Shown one piece after another: positions 14,628 through 27,728 of a DNA stretch of 64,000 bases. The stretch is from Octopus vulgaris (Eukaryota). The first letter of the stretch is position 1. The number at the start of each line of letters is the position of its first letter. A model generated the notes under the pieces. That model was not told where the DNA came from and searched no databases. It saw only the letters and a list, made by a program, of their open reading frames with translations. The stretch spans positions 39,928,001 through 39,992,000 of the forward strand of contig OX597824.1 in NCBI GenBank assembly GCA_951406725.2, read 5' to 3'. The position numbers and the translations under genes are program-made.

Positions 14628-14644
14628 CATATTTATACATATAC

Positions 14645-14675
<31 letters not shown>

Positions 14676-14688
14676 CATATTTATATAT

Positions 14689-14741
<53 letters not shown>

Positions 14742-14795
14742 CATATATATACATGTGTATGCATGTATGTATGTATGTATGTATGTATGTATGCA
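14393..14795. repeat. (TA)n-rich compound microsatellite
   Basis: Direct reading. Confidence 0.97.
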
Positions 14796-15107
14796 TGTTA
14801 TTAATCTAATGCCGTTTCACTTTCGTAGACATAATTTTAAAAAATTATTTCTTTCCTTGATTTAATCGGATGACGAAGGGAAACGCATGACCTCAACAGT
14901 AACTCCAATATTAATAAGAAGGAGACAGGATGGAAAAGCACACAATTCATGGATCTATGTAGAAGGAAGCAATGCACCGAGATATTCAGTAATCTTCAGA
15001 CCAAAGACGGAATACCTGGTCGAAAACTTGTAACAGATTAGACTCTGCTAAAAGCACCTAAGTAAACCGGATTAAGGATAAGGTATACCATCACCTAAGA
15101 ATAGATA

Positions 15108-15522
15108 TTTATTTATTTTATTTTATCTAGTTTCAGCTGACGAGCTGTGGCCATGATAGGGCACCGCCATTTGGTGTTGCTACATGATTTTACTTCACGA
15201 ATGCTTTTTAGCAATTGCCATTTGGTGCATGAGAGAGTTCGATGCAGCTGCCCTCATCTGCACCTCCTGCCGTGAACTTGGTTCATCTGGGACACCTGAT
15301 AGGAAGAGATCCAGTTTTATTTTAAAGACATCTGCATCCACCCCATGCAGGTCTCTCAGGTTCTTCAGAAGGATATTGAAGAGCTGTGGGCCTCTGAAGC
15401 CCAGGCTATCACAGTATCTTGTCCTACATCTTGATGGCAAATTTGGAGTCCTTGGTGCTACGCAGTGGCGCCCAGCTCTAGTATTTGAGTAACTCTCGAT
15501 GCTAAAGTTTGGGATCCAGGCT
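15108..15522 (-). mobile_element. CR1-group LINE, 3' end (ORF2 C-terminus, 3' UTR, (TAAAA)n tail)
   Basis: SLGFRGPQLFNILLKNLRDL..VFKIKLDLFLSGVPDEP...AASNSL fits the CR1-group terminal motif (xNxLP..FKxxLD); simple-repeat tail at 15108-15126. Confidence 0.8.
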
Positions 15523-15770
15523 CACGAGTTTCATTTACAAGCTTTTGGTGAGATCAGATAAAAATTTAAAAAATACTCACCCATGGTACCGTACTGTGAA
15601 ATTGAACTCTGAACCACGCGGCAATACATGCGTTATCGGATATCAGATAGTTATACTAATAATTATAGTACGCTATGAGATTAAATACTTGGTTGCATTA
15701 CACATTAGGAGTCGCCACACGAAGATATATATACTACGAGCTGTAATCACAAAAATATTATATAGTAATA

Positions 15771-16011
15771 CAGTAATCCCTCGACTATCGCGGGTGTTAC
15801 GCTCCACCCCACTCCCGCGATAGGTGAAAATCCACGAAGTAGAAACAGTACTGTACTGTATATATATTCTTTTTATTATTCTTATAATTTGTATATATTT
15901 ATATTATTATAAATGCAAAACAACACCACGGAGGAATCGACGTAAGCTTAAATAATAAACCGCGATAGGTGAACCGCGATAGATGGACCACGATATAGTG
16001 AGAGATTATTG
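15771..16011. mobile_element. Tigger/pogo-like MITE, 241 bp
   Basis: TIRs cagtaatccctcgactatcgcgg / rc caataatctctcactatatcgtgg; TA flanks; subterminal ccgcgataggtga repeats. Confidence 0.82.
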
Positions 16012-17030
16012 TACACCTGGTTATTGCGTATGGAATGATCATTTAGTTATTAGGTAGTCTCTCACCATGACTGCGATGAAAAAAATCAGTCACAAAATTT
16101 ATCATCAAACAGTAAACACAAAGGAATCTACGTGGCCACATGATGTGCTAGAAATAGCAACCAAGTCTTATCTCCTTCACATCATACTGCGGTGTCTGAA
16201 ATAGTGAAAATGTCATTTGACAATATTAATTTGAAAACCTCTAATATTTCTATTGTCATGACTAGAATGTTATTGATCAAGATTGAACTGAGACTAAATA
16301 ACAACTATAACAGTAGTCAGTCCTTAGACAATCCTCCACACACAACATGACTATGAAGAATGGTCACTAGAACAACAAGCTATTACTCCTAGCAGTAGTC
16401 AGTACAGTTAAACACCTGAAACAATGAGTTCTCGTAGATAGATTGGCCTCTAACACACGAGACATATTAAACATTTAAAGACCACAAGTCCAACACTAGA
16501 TGCAACAAAGTATTATCATCTCAATATCAATTGTTAATGCCTTCTCCGGCATTTAGAGTGGCTTAATTGATAGATTCCTTATTTGTGAGTCCGCGCTAAC
16601 TTTAGAAATCTATACTTACCATCATTTTCAAAGGTGTTGGGATTTCGTTATTTACTGTATTCAGTTTTGCAATTCGATAGTCTTTGATCTAAATTCTTGT
16701 GGGGCCAATTTTGTTTTCAATCATTCTTGGGACTGATAAAATAAATGCCAGACAATGCGTGATAAGTAGGGCTTCCGTCAATCATGTAAGTGTTGATCTT
16801 GGAAAGGTATTTTAAGGAAAACTTTTAGTTGCCTATGTATGCAAGTCTCTCTACTCCTCGTTACAAATACTTCTCCAAAGGAAAGGCTACCGGCTCGGCC
16901 GATTTGGGCCGATATTACTTGGTATCAGTGTCGCCGCAGATGCCATTGTCATAACGTAAGGAATCGGAACAAATACTGCTACACTTCTCTCATAACCCTC
17001 TAACAAATCTGTCAATTCATTGCCGTGGAT

Positions 17031-17418
17031 TTACTCTTTTACTCTTTTACTTGTTTCAGTCATTTGACTGCGGCCATGCTGGAGCACCGCCTTTTGTCGA
17101 GTAAATCTACCCCAGGACTTATTCTTTGTAAGCCTAGTACTCTTTTGCCGAACCGCTAAGTTACGGGGACGTAAACACCAGCATCGGTTGTCAAGTGATG
17201 ATGGGGGGGGGGGACAAACACAGACACACAAACACACACACACACACACACATACATATATACGACGGGGCGTCTTTCAGTTTCCGTCTACCAAATCCAC
17301 TCACAAGGCTTTCGTCGGTCCAAGGCTATAGTAGAAGACACTTGCCCAAGGTGCCACACAGTGGGACTGAACCCGGAACCATGTGGTTGGTAAGCAAGCT
17401 ACTTACCACTCCTGCGCG
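17031..17418 (-). mobile_element. SINE family A, near full length
   Basis: Reverse complement of the complete family A structure. Confidence 0.93.
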
Positions 17419-18034
17419 TTCATTTTTATCGACTTCGGTTCGAAAAAATGTATGGTTAACATCACTGGTATTTGAACTCGGAGTGCAAAGAACTAGAATA
17501 ATATCTTGAAGCACTGTGTCCAATGCCCTTACGATTCTGTTAATTCCCCAGCCGTATAATGGTATGGACTCAGTCTACTACACCTTCCCTGCGTATGTTC
17601 TTGCTTTTCTTTGTTCCCAATGAAAATAATAAATGTTTTTTTGGATATTTGTTTCTTTTCTATTAAGTATCGAAAGTCATCTCTCCTCACAGTACATCAG
17701 CTTATTTTACGAATTCATTTTGTTACCGTTTGCACAATCACAGACCGGCACTACGGTAATACGCATACATGTATGTACGTTGGCTGGTGTGTGTATATGT
17801 GTGTGCGCGTGTGGGAGCGTGTGTGTGAGTTTGTGTTCGTGTACCGTTTCTTCTTTAATGCAGAAAGCACATTATTAATATATATATATATATATGTTAA
17901 CACTTATGCGATCATAATTAACTTGTGAAGATCGATTTTAATCTTAATCGATAAAATTGATCAGTTGATCAGTTAAACCACCAATTGTCAATATCTTGTG
18001 AGTTTTCTGTCATGACATCAAAACAAACTCTTTG

Positions 18035-18069
18035 ATAATAATAATAATAATAACAATAATGATAATGAC

Positions 18070-18116
<47 letters not shown>

Positions 18117-18124
18117 TAATAATG

Positions 18125-18212
<88 letters not shown>

Positions 18213-18275
18213 GAAGAAGAAGAATAAGAAGAAGAAGAATAAAAAGAAGAAGAAGAAGAAGAAGAATAATAATAA

Positions 18276-18306
<31 letters not shown>

Positions 18307-18356
18307 AAGAAGAAGAAGAAGAAGAAGAAGAAGAAGAAGAAGAAGAAGAAGAAGAA
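18035..18356. repeat. (AAT)n(AAG)n compound trinucleotide repeat
   Basis: Direct reading. Confidence 0.98.
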
Positions 18357-19070
18357 ACCAATTACGTCAAATGCAGAATACACAACAAATCAGAAAGTGA
18401 TAAGTGTAGAATTTGTGGACTAAGTGGTGAAATCCTATGGCGTATTACCAGTCAATGTACGCCACTAGCCCAGAAAGAATATAAGAGACGTCATGACAAT
18501 ATAGCAAGAATTGTCCATTGGACACTTTGCAGCAAGTATGGACTTGACAGAGCAAAAAATTGGTACGAACATAAACCCGAAATTATCATCGAAAATGATA
18601 ATGTAAAGATCCTATAGGATTTTATGATTCAGTGCAACCATGAGATAGAGAATAGGAAACCAGATATAGTCTTAATTGAGAAAGAAAGCAAACGATGCTA
18701 GGTCACAGGTATAGTATGCCCAGCTGACAACAAGGTATGCGATAAGGAAGAAAGAAAAGTCGATAGATATAACAGGTTAGCTTGGGAGGTTTAAGCAGTT
18801 GTAGTCGCTGAAAAAGGTGGTAGTATTACCAATAATAGTCGGAGCCATGGGAACAGGAATAAAAAGACTATGGAATGCGAGAGGGTAATATAAAAGTGAT
18901 ACCAGTGGTGATCGGAGCGTGGGGCTTAATCCCATTGAAACTTCAAAATTTCTCAAGCCAACTGAAAATCCCATGCAAGATTGATGTCTTGCAAAAAGCA
19001 CGTCTTAAGGAAAGTATTATCTGCCTGAGGTCCTTGTTGCGACTTGACAGATGACTAAGACATTCGGTTG
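18357..19070 (+). mobile_element. R4/Dong-clade (RLE) non-LTR retrotransposon, degraded 3' fragment
   Basis: KCRICG..EYKRRHDNIARIVHWTLCSKY..WYEHKPE..IL*DF..RKPDIVL: CCHC remnant, RHD and PD-(D/E)xK restriction-like endonuclease motifs; in-frame stops. Confidence 0.88.
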
Positions 19071-19109
19071 GCAGAGATTTCATCTTTCAGTTCTACCAAT
19101 ATTCCTCGT

Positions 19110-19459
19110 TCTATCCATCCAAGCGAGCATCCATCTTCCTATCAACCCATCTATCTGGATGTTTATCTATCTGTTTATCTATCCATCTAGCTATCATCCA
19201 TCTATCTAACTAGTTAGCAATCCATTTATCTAGCTAGCTATCTATTTATCTATCCGTCAGCCTGTCTATCCATCTATCCCTCAATCCATCGAACCCGCTA
19301 TCGATTTCTCCATACACTTATCTATCTGCCTGCCTAGCTAGCTATCAGTCTAGTTATCTATCTTTCTCTCTATCTGTCTGTTTGTCCGTCAGTCTGTTTG
19401 TCAGTTTAGCCATCGGTCCACCCAGTGGATAGTTGTCTACTATTTATCAATTCATATCT

Positions 19460-19551
<92 letters not shown>

Positions 19552-19555
19552 TTAT
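19110..19555. repeat. Degenerate and pure (TATC)n/(TCCA)n repeat
   Basis: Direct reading. Confidence 0.9.
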
Positions 19556-20041
19556 CTTTCTATCATTGCACTTCAGTAATTTAAATAAACACCATTGCCG
19601 GTTCCTTTGAGGATTTTCTCACCAGAAGATGTCAGGAAATGTAGAAACTCATCAATAGCCATATATTGTCAACAGTTTCTATAAATATTTATGAAGAAGA
19701 TCGTCTTTTGCCAAGATTTGTCCATGTAAAAAGTATTGCATTTAGCCATGGCAGAGTCGATTGATTTGCAATCTTAACACATTAACATTATTTGCTTGGC
19801 TGCTTCCTAGAATTGCTATTTTTCTAAATCATATATTATTTCTGGCAGTTGATGGCTGTTGTAAGAGCTGTCTCTCTACTTTCTATCCTTCTTCTTCTAA
19901 TCACCATAACAATCTCTCTCCATCTCTTTATCTCTTTCCCCAGCTTCTGTCTATATTTCTTTCTGTTTATTTATCTAACCAGTTTTGTGCTTTTCAATGC
20001 ATTTCTGTGACCTTTCTGTATATTTGATTATCTATTTTATT

Positions 20042-20044
<3 letters not shown>

Positions 20045-20114
<70 letters not shown>

Positions 20115-20117
20115 CTA

Positions 20118-20168
<51 letters not shown>

Positions 20169-20340
20169 GTTCCTGTTCATTTCCCTGGTTTCCCATCGTC
20201 CAACCATTCATTCGTCGTCCATCCACACTGACATCCATTTATCCATATTTCCATCCATCTGTTCATCCCTCCATTCAGCCAGCCAACCATCCATCCATCC
20301 AGCCAGCCAGCCAGCCACCCATCCATTCATCCATCTATGC
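20045..20340. repeat. (TC)n(TATC)n(TA)n followed by (CCAT/CCAG)n
   Basis: Direct reading. Confidence 0.9.
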
Positions 20341-20584
20341 ATCACTCGTCGATCCAACCCTCTATCTTTCTATTTCCACATCTATCACTTTCAGTGGTGA
20401 TGGTGTTGTGGGGAAGTAATTATATTTTTTAATTTAAAAAACAATCCTTGGAGTGGTTCTTGCATCTTCTGAGTTGCAGAATTAGTTGTTATAAAGTTAC
20501 AAACCTCAGACGGCATCAATGTAGAAGTAACAGATATTGTGTGATGTGCATCCCCCCCCCGTCCCCACCGTAATTTCTTAATTT

Positions 20585-21070
20585 ACAACGTTTTTACGAA
20601 TTTTTTTTTATCCATGTAGAAAAAATACTGAAATTACGAATCTGGGAAATATTTATTTTTGCAAAAGTTTAATTTTTCTTATAGAAATATCCAATGCCCC
20701 TTCCTCCACCTCACCCACTCGCTTTCAAAAAGCTAAAAACACCCTATGTTTCACTTTCGTTTGATGTTTCAAGCATGCGTACAGAAATAGCAGACGTAAA
20801 AAAAATATTAGCGCACCACCCGAAAACCCATGCTAGAAACAACCAAGTAAATGACATTATTTCTGAAGAGATTTAGCTTTCCAAAACGCTAAATGTGAAA
20901 CATTGAGAGTTGTAGCTTTTTGAAAGTGATGAGGTGATGGGTGGAAGTTTGGAAAGGAGATTTTAGTGTTTCTTTAAGAAAAAAGCAGAAAATTCTTGAA
21001 GAACCATACTCACTGTTTTTTTTCCTCTGTGGAGTACCAGAATAAAATTCGAAAAAAGTAAAAAAAAATG
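20585..21070. repeat. Old fold-back (inverted repeat) element
   Basis: 20700-20763 (ctttcaaaaagcta..atgtttcac) is the imperfect reverse complement of 20882-20947; weaker symmetry extends outward. Confidence 0.6.
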
Positions 21071-21539
21071 AAGAAATTGGGATGGGAAGGGGGAAAATTA
21101 AAATATTGAGAATGTGGTCATTTGGGCGAAATTCTAATCTGTATAGAAAACATAGGAACCGAAAAGAATTTAGGAAAAAGATTGGGCGCGGTGGGGTCGC
21201 AAATATCACCTCGGACATGCTGGATAAAACAGCTAAAGGGCAGGATTTCTGGAAGAACTTCCTTCTAAATTTAAATCGAAGATCAGGTTTTTAAATACAC
21301 TCATCACAAACACAAATTTCAAACCATATGGTCAATACGACGAAGCATTGCTGTAAATAAGCGAAAGTGAGCTAGAACATTAAAACTTAGTGCATGTGCA
21401 CAATAGAGATTAAGGTCAATCTGTATCAAGCAGTTTTACTCTGCGTTCTTTAGCTTTGCTTTTATGGCAACAGTCCGGATACTTATTGATCAACCTCGTA
21501 TACATGTATATAATGAATATATCTGTGTGCCTATGAATG

Positions 21540-21572
21540 TATGTATAATATATATGTATGTATATACATATA

Positions 21573-21605
<33 letters not shown>

Positions 21606-21666
21606 GATATATATATATATATATATACATACATATATATATATATATACATACATATATACATTC

Positions 21667-21699
<33 letters not shown>

Positions 21700-21725
21700 T
21701 ACATACATAAACATACACACATATG
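21540..21725. repeat. (TA)/(CA)/(TG) compound microsatellite
   Basis: Direct reading. Confidence 0.95.
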
Positions 21726-23789
21726 GATTATTGATGTATGCAAAAGTTTGGCAGCTCATGAGATGATAGTCTATTTTCTCATTTCTACTCTATGGTCTAT
21801 ATTCTGAATAAACCACAATTTAAATGTACATCCGCTTCACCAAGAAATTTACAATTATTCTTTTCCACATATCAATTTTGACACCGCAAAATCATGGTAA
21901 TCTTGAACGCCTGCTTCTTTGACACTCACCTGTCTATTCTCCCATGATTAACGTGTCAACAAACACCAGCGGCATGTAAAAAGAAGAAATAAAAACACAG
22001 CAAAGTATTGGCGTAAATTCCTTGTGGTATTTACCTACAACCCTTTAGATTCCGTGTTCAAATTATGCTGAGGTTAATTTTTCTTTTTTATCCTTCCAAG
22101 GTCCATGGATTATATATAATGTTAGATATTGGGGATGTGCTAATCAAATATGTCTCACCGCGAATACATGCCAATGGTATATAACAAATTATGTAATAAT
22201 TCAATTAGCTATGTAATAGATTATGATTAGCTTCCTAATTGAGAGATAATAGAATTATAGAATTGTAAAAGCCTTGGTCACAATTGCTTTCAGATATTGA
22301 TTCTGGTTCTTTGCTCTCTGAATTCAAATCTTGCATAAGTCTAGAGTGGCGGTGTAATGGAAAAATCAGATCGTTGGCTGAATACTTTGAAATATTTGGC
22401 CCATTTCTTTGCGATTTGTGTTCCAATCCCTCCGAGTTCCAGAATGGTGGAAATTTTAGAGCTTTGGCTGGAATATTTTGAACCATTTGTCCCCTAATTT
22501 GCGTTGTAAGTTCGCCTGTCACGACACTAGTGCCAAGCTATATAGGCCTCTATTTCCTTCTTTGAACAATACTGGTGGTGTGGAGAGTGGAAACTTCCTG
22601 AATGGATATCTACCGTTCTTCTATAATAAACTCTTGCCCAGGTCTGTGCATCGGGGCGAAACTTTCCATGTGCAGAACTATGGTCTGGAGAGACATATGG
22701 AGGCCGCTAAAAATGTCCTTGTAATGTTACTGCATTCAGTGACAGTAAAGTCGAATTGATTCACAATCTTCACACATTAGCATTATGTACTTGGATGTAT
22801 TGTAAAATTGCTATTGTTCTAAATTGCAAATTGTATATATGATTGTACAGAATGTTGGATTAAGTGTCGTGAAATATTTAGTTTAAAATATCAAATGCCC
22901 ACGGAAGTTAAATTTGTTTTCCTTTACCTGACAGAAACTCTGGAAGTTAATACTCATCACACCACATGCACTCATTTTATAAACATTAGTGCAACAAGAT
23001 CTGCTAGGAAATGTCGTTTTCCATGCTGGAAGCAATAAAATATTTCTTTCCAAACAGTCAGATCAATCAGTTCCTAAGAGGAAGAACTCATGAAATATTT
23101 AACCCAAAAACAAAATTTGTAAGAGATGTAGATATCAATTATTATTTATATGTAGATATAGATATAAATCAAGGTCTAGATATCTTATGGAGGCTTTCAT
23201 TTACCTTCAAATGTGAAGGTGGAAAAGCCTAGAACAACGAAGAATACATTCATCATCACATTTATACTTCAAATGTTATATCAAAGAAACAGAGACTACG
23301 CTTAGGGACAACAGCTATGACATTCGAAACTGGACCGTCATCGCTAACGTATTTCGTATGGGTGGGTGATTATTTCGGAGAAGACTAAAGAAGTTGTTGT
23401 AGATGCGTATAAGGATGCACATACATGCCCCATTGGTTACGGAAAACCAGAGCCCAACAAATGATATAAAATAAAATTGTGCCCTATTAAGGAAGAAGAG
23501 AAAAATGGCACAAGGCTTACGGTGCAATGTTAAATGACAAAGCACTTTAATTGTTGTAGTAATAGCCATTTGGTAAATTTTGGTCTGGGGATCAGTTGAA
23601 GTAAAAAACATATACGGCTTGAGACCAGCAGTCCTAATTTCCAGAACTCTGTCATGTTTATTAATGTTCTTTTAATACAACTTCCTGACTGATTTCTATA
23701 TGGATAGTAACCTGACATTTGTCCTTGAAGTGACAAACCACAAAACATCAAGTAGCATCGCATGGCTCCGAATGGAAACAGTTAATAGA

Positions 23790-24700
23790 CGATCTCTATG
23801 ATATGCAAGAACAATCTGGAAAAAAATATGCAACTATGCAAGAATATAGGGCCTTCTTTATGGAAAATGTTCAGAAGGTGCCTTATAAAAAGTCGTGTTA
23901 AAACAAATAGACATAAACCTTTGCTTTGTATGCTCCGAAAATATCACGAAAAGTTGCAGATAAAAATTTAAATGCTTACATTTGTATTCTAGACCAAACC
24001 AAGGTATTTCGCTGAGTAAAACATGTAACGATGATCGAATATCAATTAAAACTCGGGATATAAGTAAAATACCCTCAAATAACAAATAAAAGTCCTGGGA
24101 ATGAACATTGGTGGTAAGAGTTACAAGGAAGAAATCTCAAGATTTAAAACAAAGCAGTAAACCAAAGATATGCACTATCCTCTATCCTATTTAATCCCTG
24201 TACTAATAAGATCTTCAGAGATGCAGAATACTTGCCAGGAATGGTAACTGAACTTATGAACATAAACAGATATAGATATGTAACCGATATTCCATTATCC
24301 TTCAACAGCGATGGCCTAGAGAATCTAGGGACCACAGTAAATGGCAAAAAATGCTTTAGGGAATGAAAGCAAATTTAAAGAAAACAAAATCAATGACAAT
24401 GAGCAAGCAACAACAATATAAATATTTCAAAATAAATATTAAAACTGAGGTAATGTCAAATGAACAGACACTGAAGATAATACAGCTGGGATATATGTAA
24501 CAAGGACACAAGACTCGTGAAGCAGGAATCGAAAGAAGGATTGAGATAGAAAGTCATTAGAAAAATATCAAGTATACTAACATCCAGAAACAAATTTGAA
24601 ATCAGAAAAAAATATTGAAGTATTATATGTCGTCCACTCTACGGAATGTTGCTAGAATGCGGATATTAGCAAAAGTATTATGAATTAGAAATTTTTAAGA
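23790..24700 (+). mobile_element. Highly degraded RTE-clade LINE RT region
   Basis: AYICILDQTKVFR*VKH (~YICFIDYTKAFDRVKH), LSSILFNPCTNKIFRDAE (~LSPILFNLYTEKIFRE), NINRYRYVTD (~NINNLRYADD), GMKANLKKTKSM. Confidence 0.75.
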
Positions 24701-24710
24701 TGTGAGCTTC

Positions 24711-24930
24711 GGATCTTTTCGGTTTGAACGGCAGTTTTTTCTAGCGGTGTCATATGAAATTGTCACCCATAATTATGACCCTAGTATCGATCTATTGCAT
24801 TTCAATCTATTTTAGGGTTAGGGTTAGTTAGGGTTAAGGTTAGGGTTAGGGGTGGGGGAAGGGTATATTTTTTTCTTCACAAATGTAAATAAACCCAATC
24901 TGTTTCTTAAACGAGGGACATATTTATACG
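24711..24930. mobile_element. Partial copy of the TIR element family at 34464, carrying an internal (TTAGGG)n tract
   Basis: Starts ggatcttttcggtttgaacggcag; 24735-24930 aligns to the reverse complement of 34685-34820; TTAGGG variants at 24812-24851. Confidence 0.85.
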
Positions 24931-25012
24931 ATTTCTTCGACTAAAGGCGGTGCTCCAGCTTGGCTGCAGTTAAATGACTGAAACAAATAAAGGAATAAAA
25001 GAAAAAGGAATA
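24931..25012 (+). mobile_element. SINE family A 3' tail
   Basis: cgactaaaggcggtgctccagcttggctgcagttaaatgactgaaac. Confidence 0.8.
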
Positions 25013-25767
25013 ACCCACCGGTTACAATTTTCGACGGCATCAACCAAGTAACGCATTTCCTGCATAGTCGACGTAAAATATAGTGTAAGCATGCGTTCTA
25101 TATATTCAAACATTGTTACTGCCGTTTCAAATCCTGCTGCATTTCACAATCAATTTTTGGTCCCCTAAAGTCGACCTATTGTTTTTTGATGCAGATTTTG
25201 GTCTGAAAAATCCGACTTGCACGTCGGAAGATACAGTAGACTTCTCGTCACTTCTGTTTGGTGCTTTCTAAATATTCTGGGGAGAAATTTAGTTAGTCAA
25301 ATTCAAAAAACCTAATTAAAGGAAAGTAATTGTTAAATTAAAAAGCTTATATAAATATAAAAAACTGAATCTGTTGATTTCTGAAATACAAAATACTGAA
25401 ACATTTAAGCAGTTGTGCTTCAAGCGGAAACAGCTTGAATTTTACTCAACCTACCAATACGATATATAGTAAGTTCGAGAGATAGGTAATGCATAATATT
25501 AACAGTGGAGCTCGTAGTAAATAAAGCTAGAAATACCAGCACGTAAAATAGTGGGTTATAAAAGTCTTTGGAGAGATAATATTGCTGGCAGCCCGTGGGA
25601 TTACATCTGTCATGTCCAGAAACGACGTGGGTTCGAGTCCCACGGCAGCCACAGAAGTGTTTTCTTTAACCTAACATTCTCTATGGTATTATTTGTCACC
25701 ACTTCAACTTCGACATCCACCATTAAGACGAGGATAACATATACATATATATATATATATATGTTTC

Positions 25768-25890
25768 ATTTATCTTATTTCAGTCATTAGACTGCTGCCA
25801 TGCTGGAGGCACTACCTTGAAGAATTTTTAGTCGAATGAATCGACCCCAGTACTTACCTGGCACTTATTCTATCGATCTCTTTTATCGAG
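25768..25890 (-). mobile_element. SINE family A-like 3' fragment (older subfamily)
   Basis: ttatttcagtcattagactgctgccatgctggaggcac...atcgaccccagtactta. Confidence 0.75.
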
Positions 25891-26076
25891 CAACTGCTAT
25901 TATCAAGTTAGAACGCAAGGGTTCTCGCCTGAAGATTGTAGAGGCGTGAGACCTGAATTGCACCACAAATGTTCAGTTTAAATAAACTATGTCCTCAACA
26001 ATTTGTACCACTTTTCGTCCAACATAAATCATCATGTATACATACATACATACATACATACGTACATATACATACA

Positions 26077-26108
<32 letters not shown>

Positions 26109-26138
26109 CATACATGCATACATACATATACATACATG

Positions 26139-26187
<49 letters not shown>

Positions 26188-26721
26188 ACGACTCGAGACA
26201 TGTTAATGATTTTGTTGGGTCTCTCAACGATATTTTGACGAATTAGTAGATAAAGAATCTATAGGAAAATATTCAAAATTGTTTCTCTGTGGGAACAAAA
26301 AAAAAAGACTATTTAAATGTTAAATAATTCAAAGCAACATTCAGGTTTATAGTATGTGAATATTGACTGAAGTGAATAAGTGCATATATTCCTGTTGTTG
26401 TGTCAGATTTGGTTTACAAAGAAAAATATATATACAAGTCGGAAGAAAAGCAGTAAATTCAGAAGAGAGAGGGGAAGAGAGAAGTTATTGATAAGTGAAT
26501 ATTGAAATTTTATTGGTGTTGCTTATCCTTTGAGAATTTATTCATAATAATTTACATTGGGAAGCGTATGTCTATCATCTGTCAGCCTAGTCTAGATGTG
26601 TGAACGATTTTGTTTTCAAAATTTACATATAGTGAGACAGGCTGCAGTCTACAATTTATCTCTTATGTTTATTCAATATATATATGTGTGTGTGTGTGTG
26701 TGTGTATGTGTGTGTGTGTGT

Positions 26722-27030
26722 GGAGGCGCAATGGCCCAGTGGTTAGGGCAGCGGACTCGCGGTCGTAGGATCGCGGTTTCGATTCCCAAACCGGGCGTTT
26801 GGGAATCGAAAATACCTAAAGCGAAAATACATAAAGCTCCACGAGGCTCCGGCAGGGGATGGCGATCCCTGCTGTACTCTTTCGCCCAACTTTCTCTCAC
26901 TCTTTCTTCTGTTGGCCTGCTCGCTTAGCCAGCGGGGTGGCGTCATTTGAAGGCTAAAACAATGCAAAGCGCATTGTGACCAGCGATGTGTAGCAACATT
27001 TGATAGCCTGGTCGGTCACGGTGACGGTGA
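26722..27030 (+). mobile_element. tRNA-derived SINE family D
   Basis: A box tggcccagtgg, B box gtttcgattc, GC-rich body, short tandem tail cggtgacggtga. Confidence 0.8.
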
Positions 27031-27034
27031 TATA

Positions 27035-27070
<36 letters not shown>

Positions 27071-27285
27071 TGTATGTATGTATGTATGTATGTATGCATG
27101 CATGTATAAGTCATCAGGGTAAAGAGTGGTTATGAGGGGAATCCAAGTGAGCAGATATGGAGTCAATAATTCATATGAACAGATAAAGAAGCCAAGGTTT
27201 ATTTTAACTATTGTCTCTCTCTCATTCTCCTCCCCTCTCTCTCTCTCCGACTATCTTTCTCTCCCCTCTCTCTCCCTTCTCTCTC

Positions 27286-27326
27286 TCTCCATATATATAT
27301 ATATAGATAGATAGATATATGTATAT

Positions 27327-27393
<67 letters not shown>

Positions 27394-27668
27394 ATGTACA
27401 TGTATATATATATGTGTGTATATATATATATGTTTATATGTGAGTATGTAGAGATATAAGTATATGCATGTGTATATGTGTGTGTGTGTACATATATATA
27501 TATATGTATGGGTATGTGTATCAGTGTATATGTATATATGTATGTGTGTGTGTATGTATATGTATGTATATGTGTATATATGTATGTGTATATGTGTATA
27601 TATGTGTATATATATGTATGTATGTGTATGTGTATGTATATGTATATGTGTATGTATATGTATGTGTA

Positions 27669-27728
<60 letters not shown>

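Noticed and set aside
14860-15050. Hammerhead ribozyme (also 3230-3290 minus)
   Set aside because: Core words are mutated and stems cannot be closed by eye; at most Penelope-like relics.
17969-18400. Poly-S/Y/F/L/I/R ORFs
   Set aside because: (AAT)n(AAG)n trinucleotide repeat.
24812-24851. True telomere or chromosome-fusion scar
   Set aside because: Short degenerate tract inside a TIR element.
25585-25655. tRNA gene (GGTTCGAGTCC B box)
   Set aside because: No convincing cloverleaf or A box; more likely a tRNA-derived repeat remnant.
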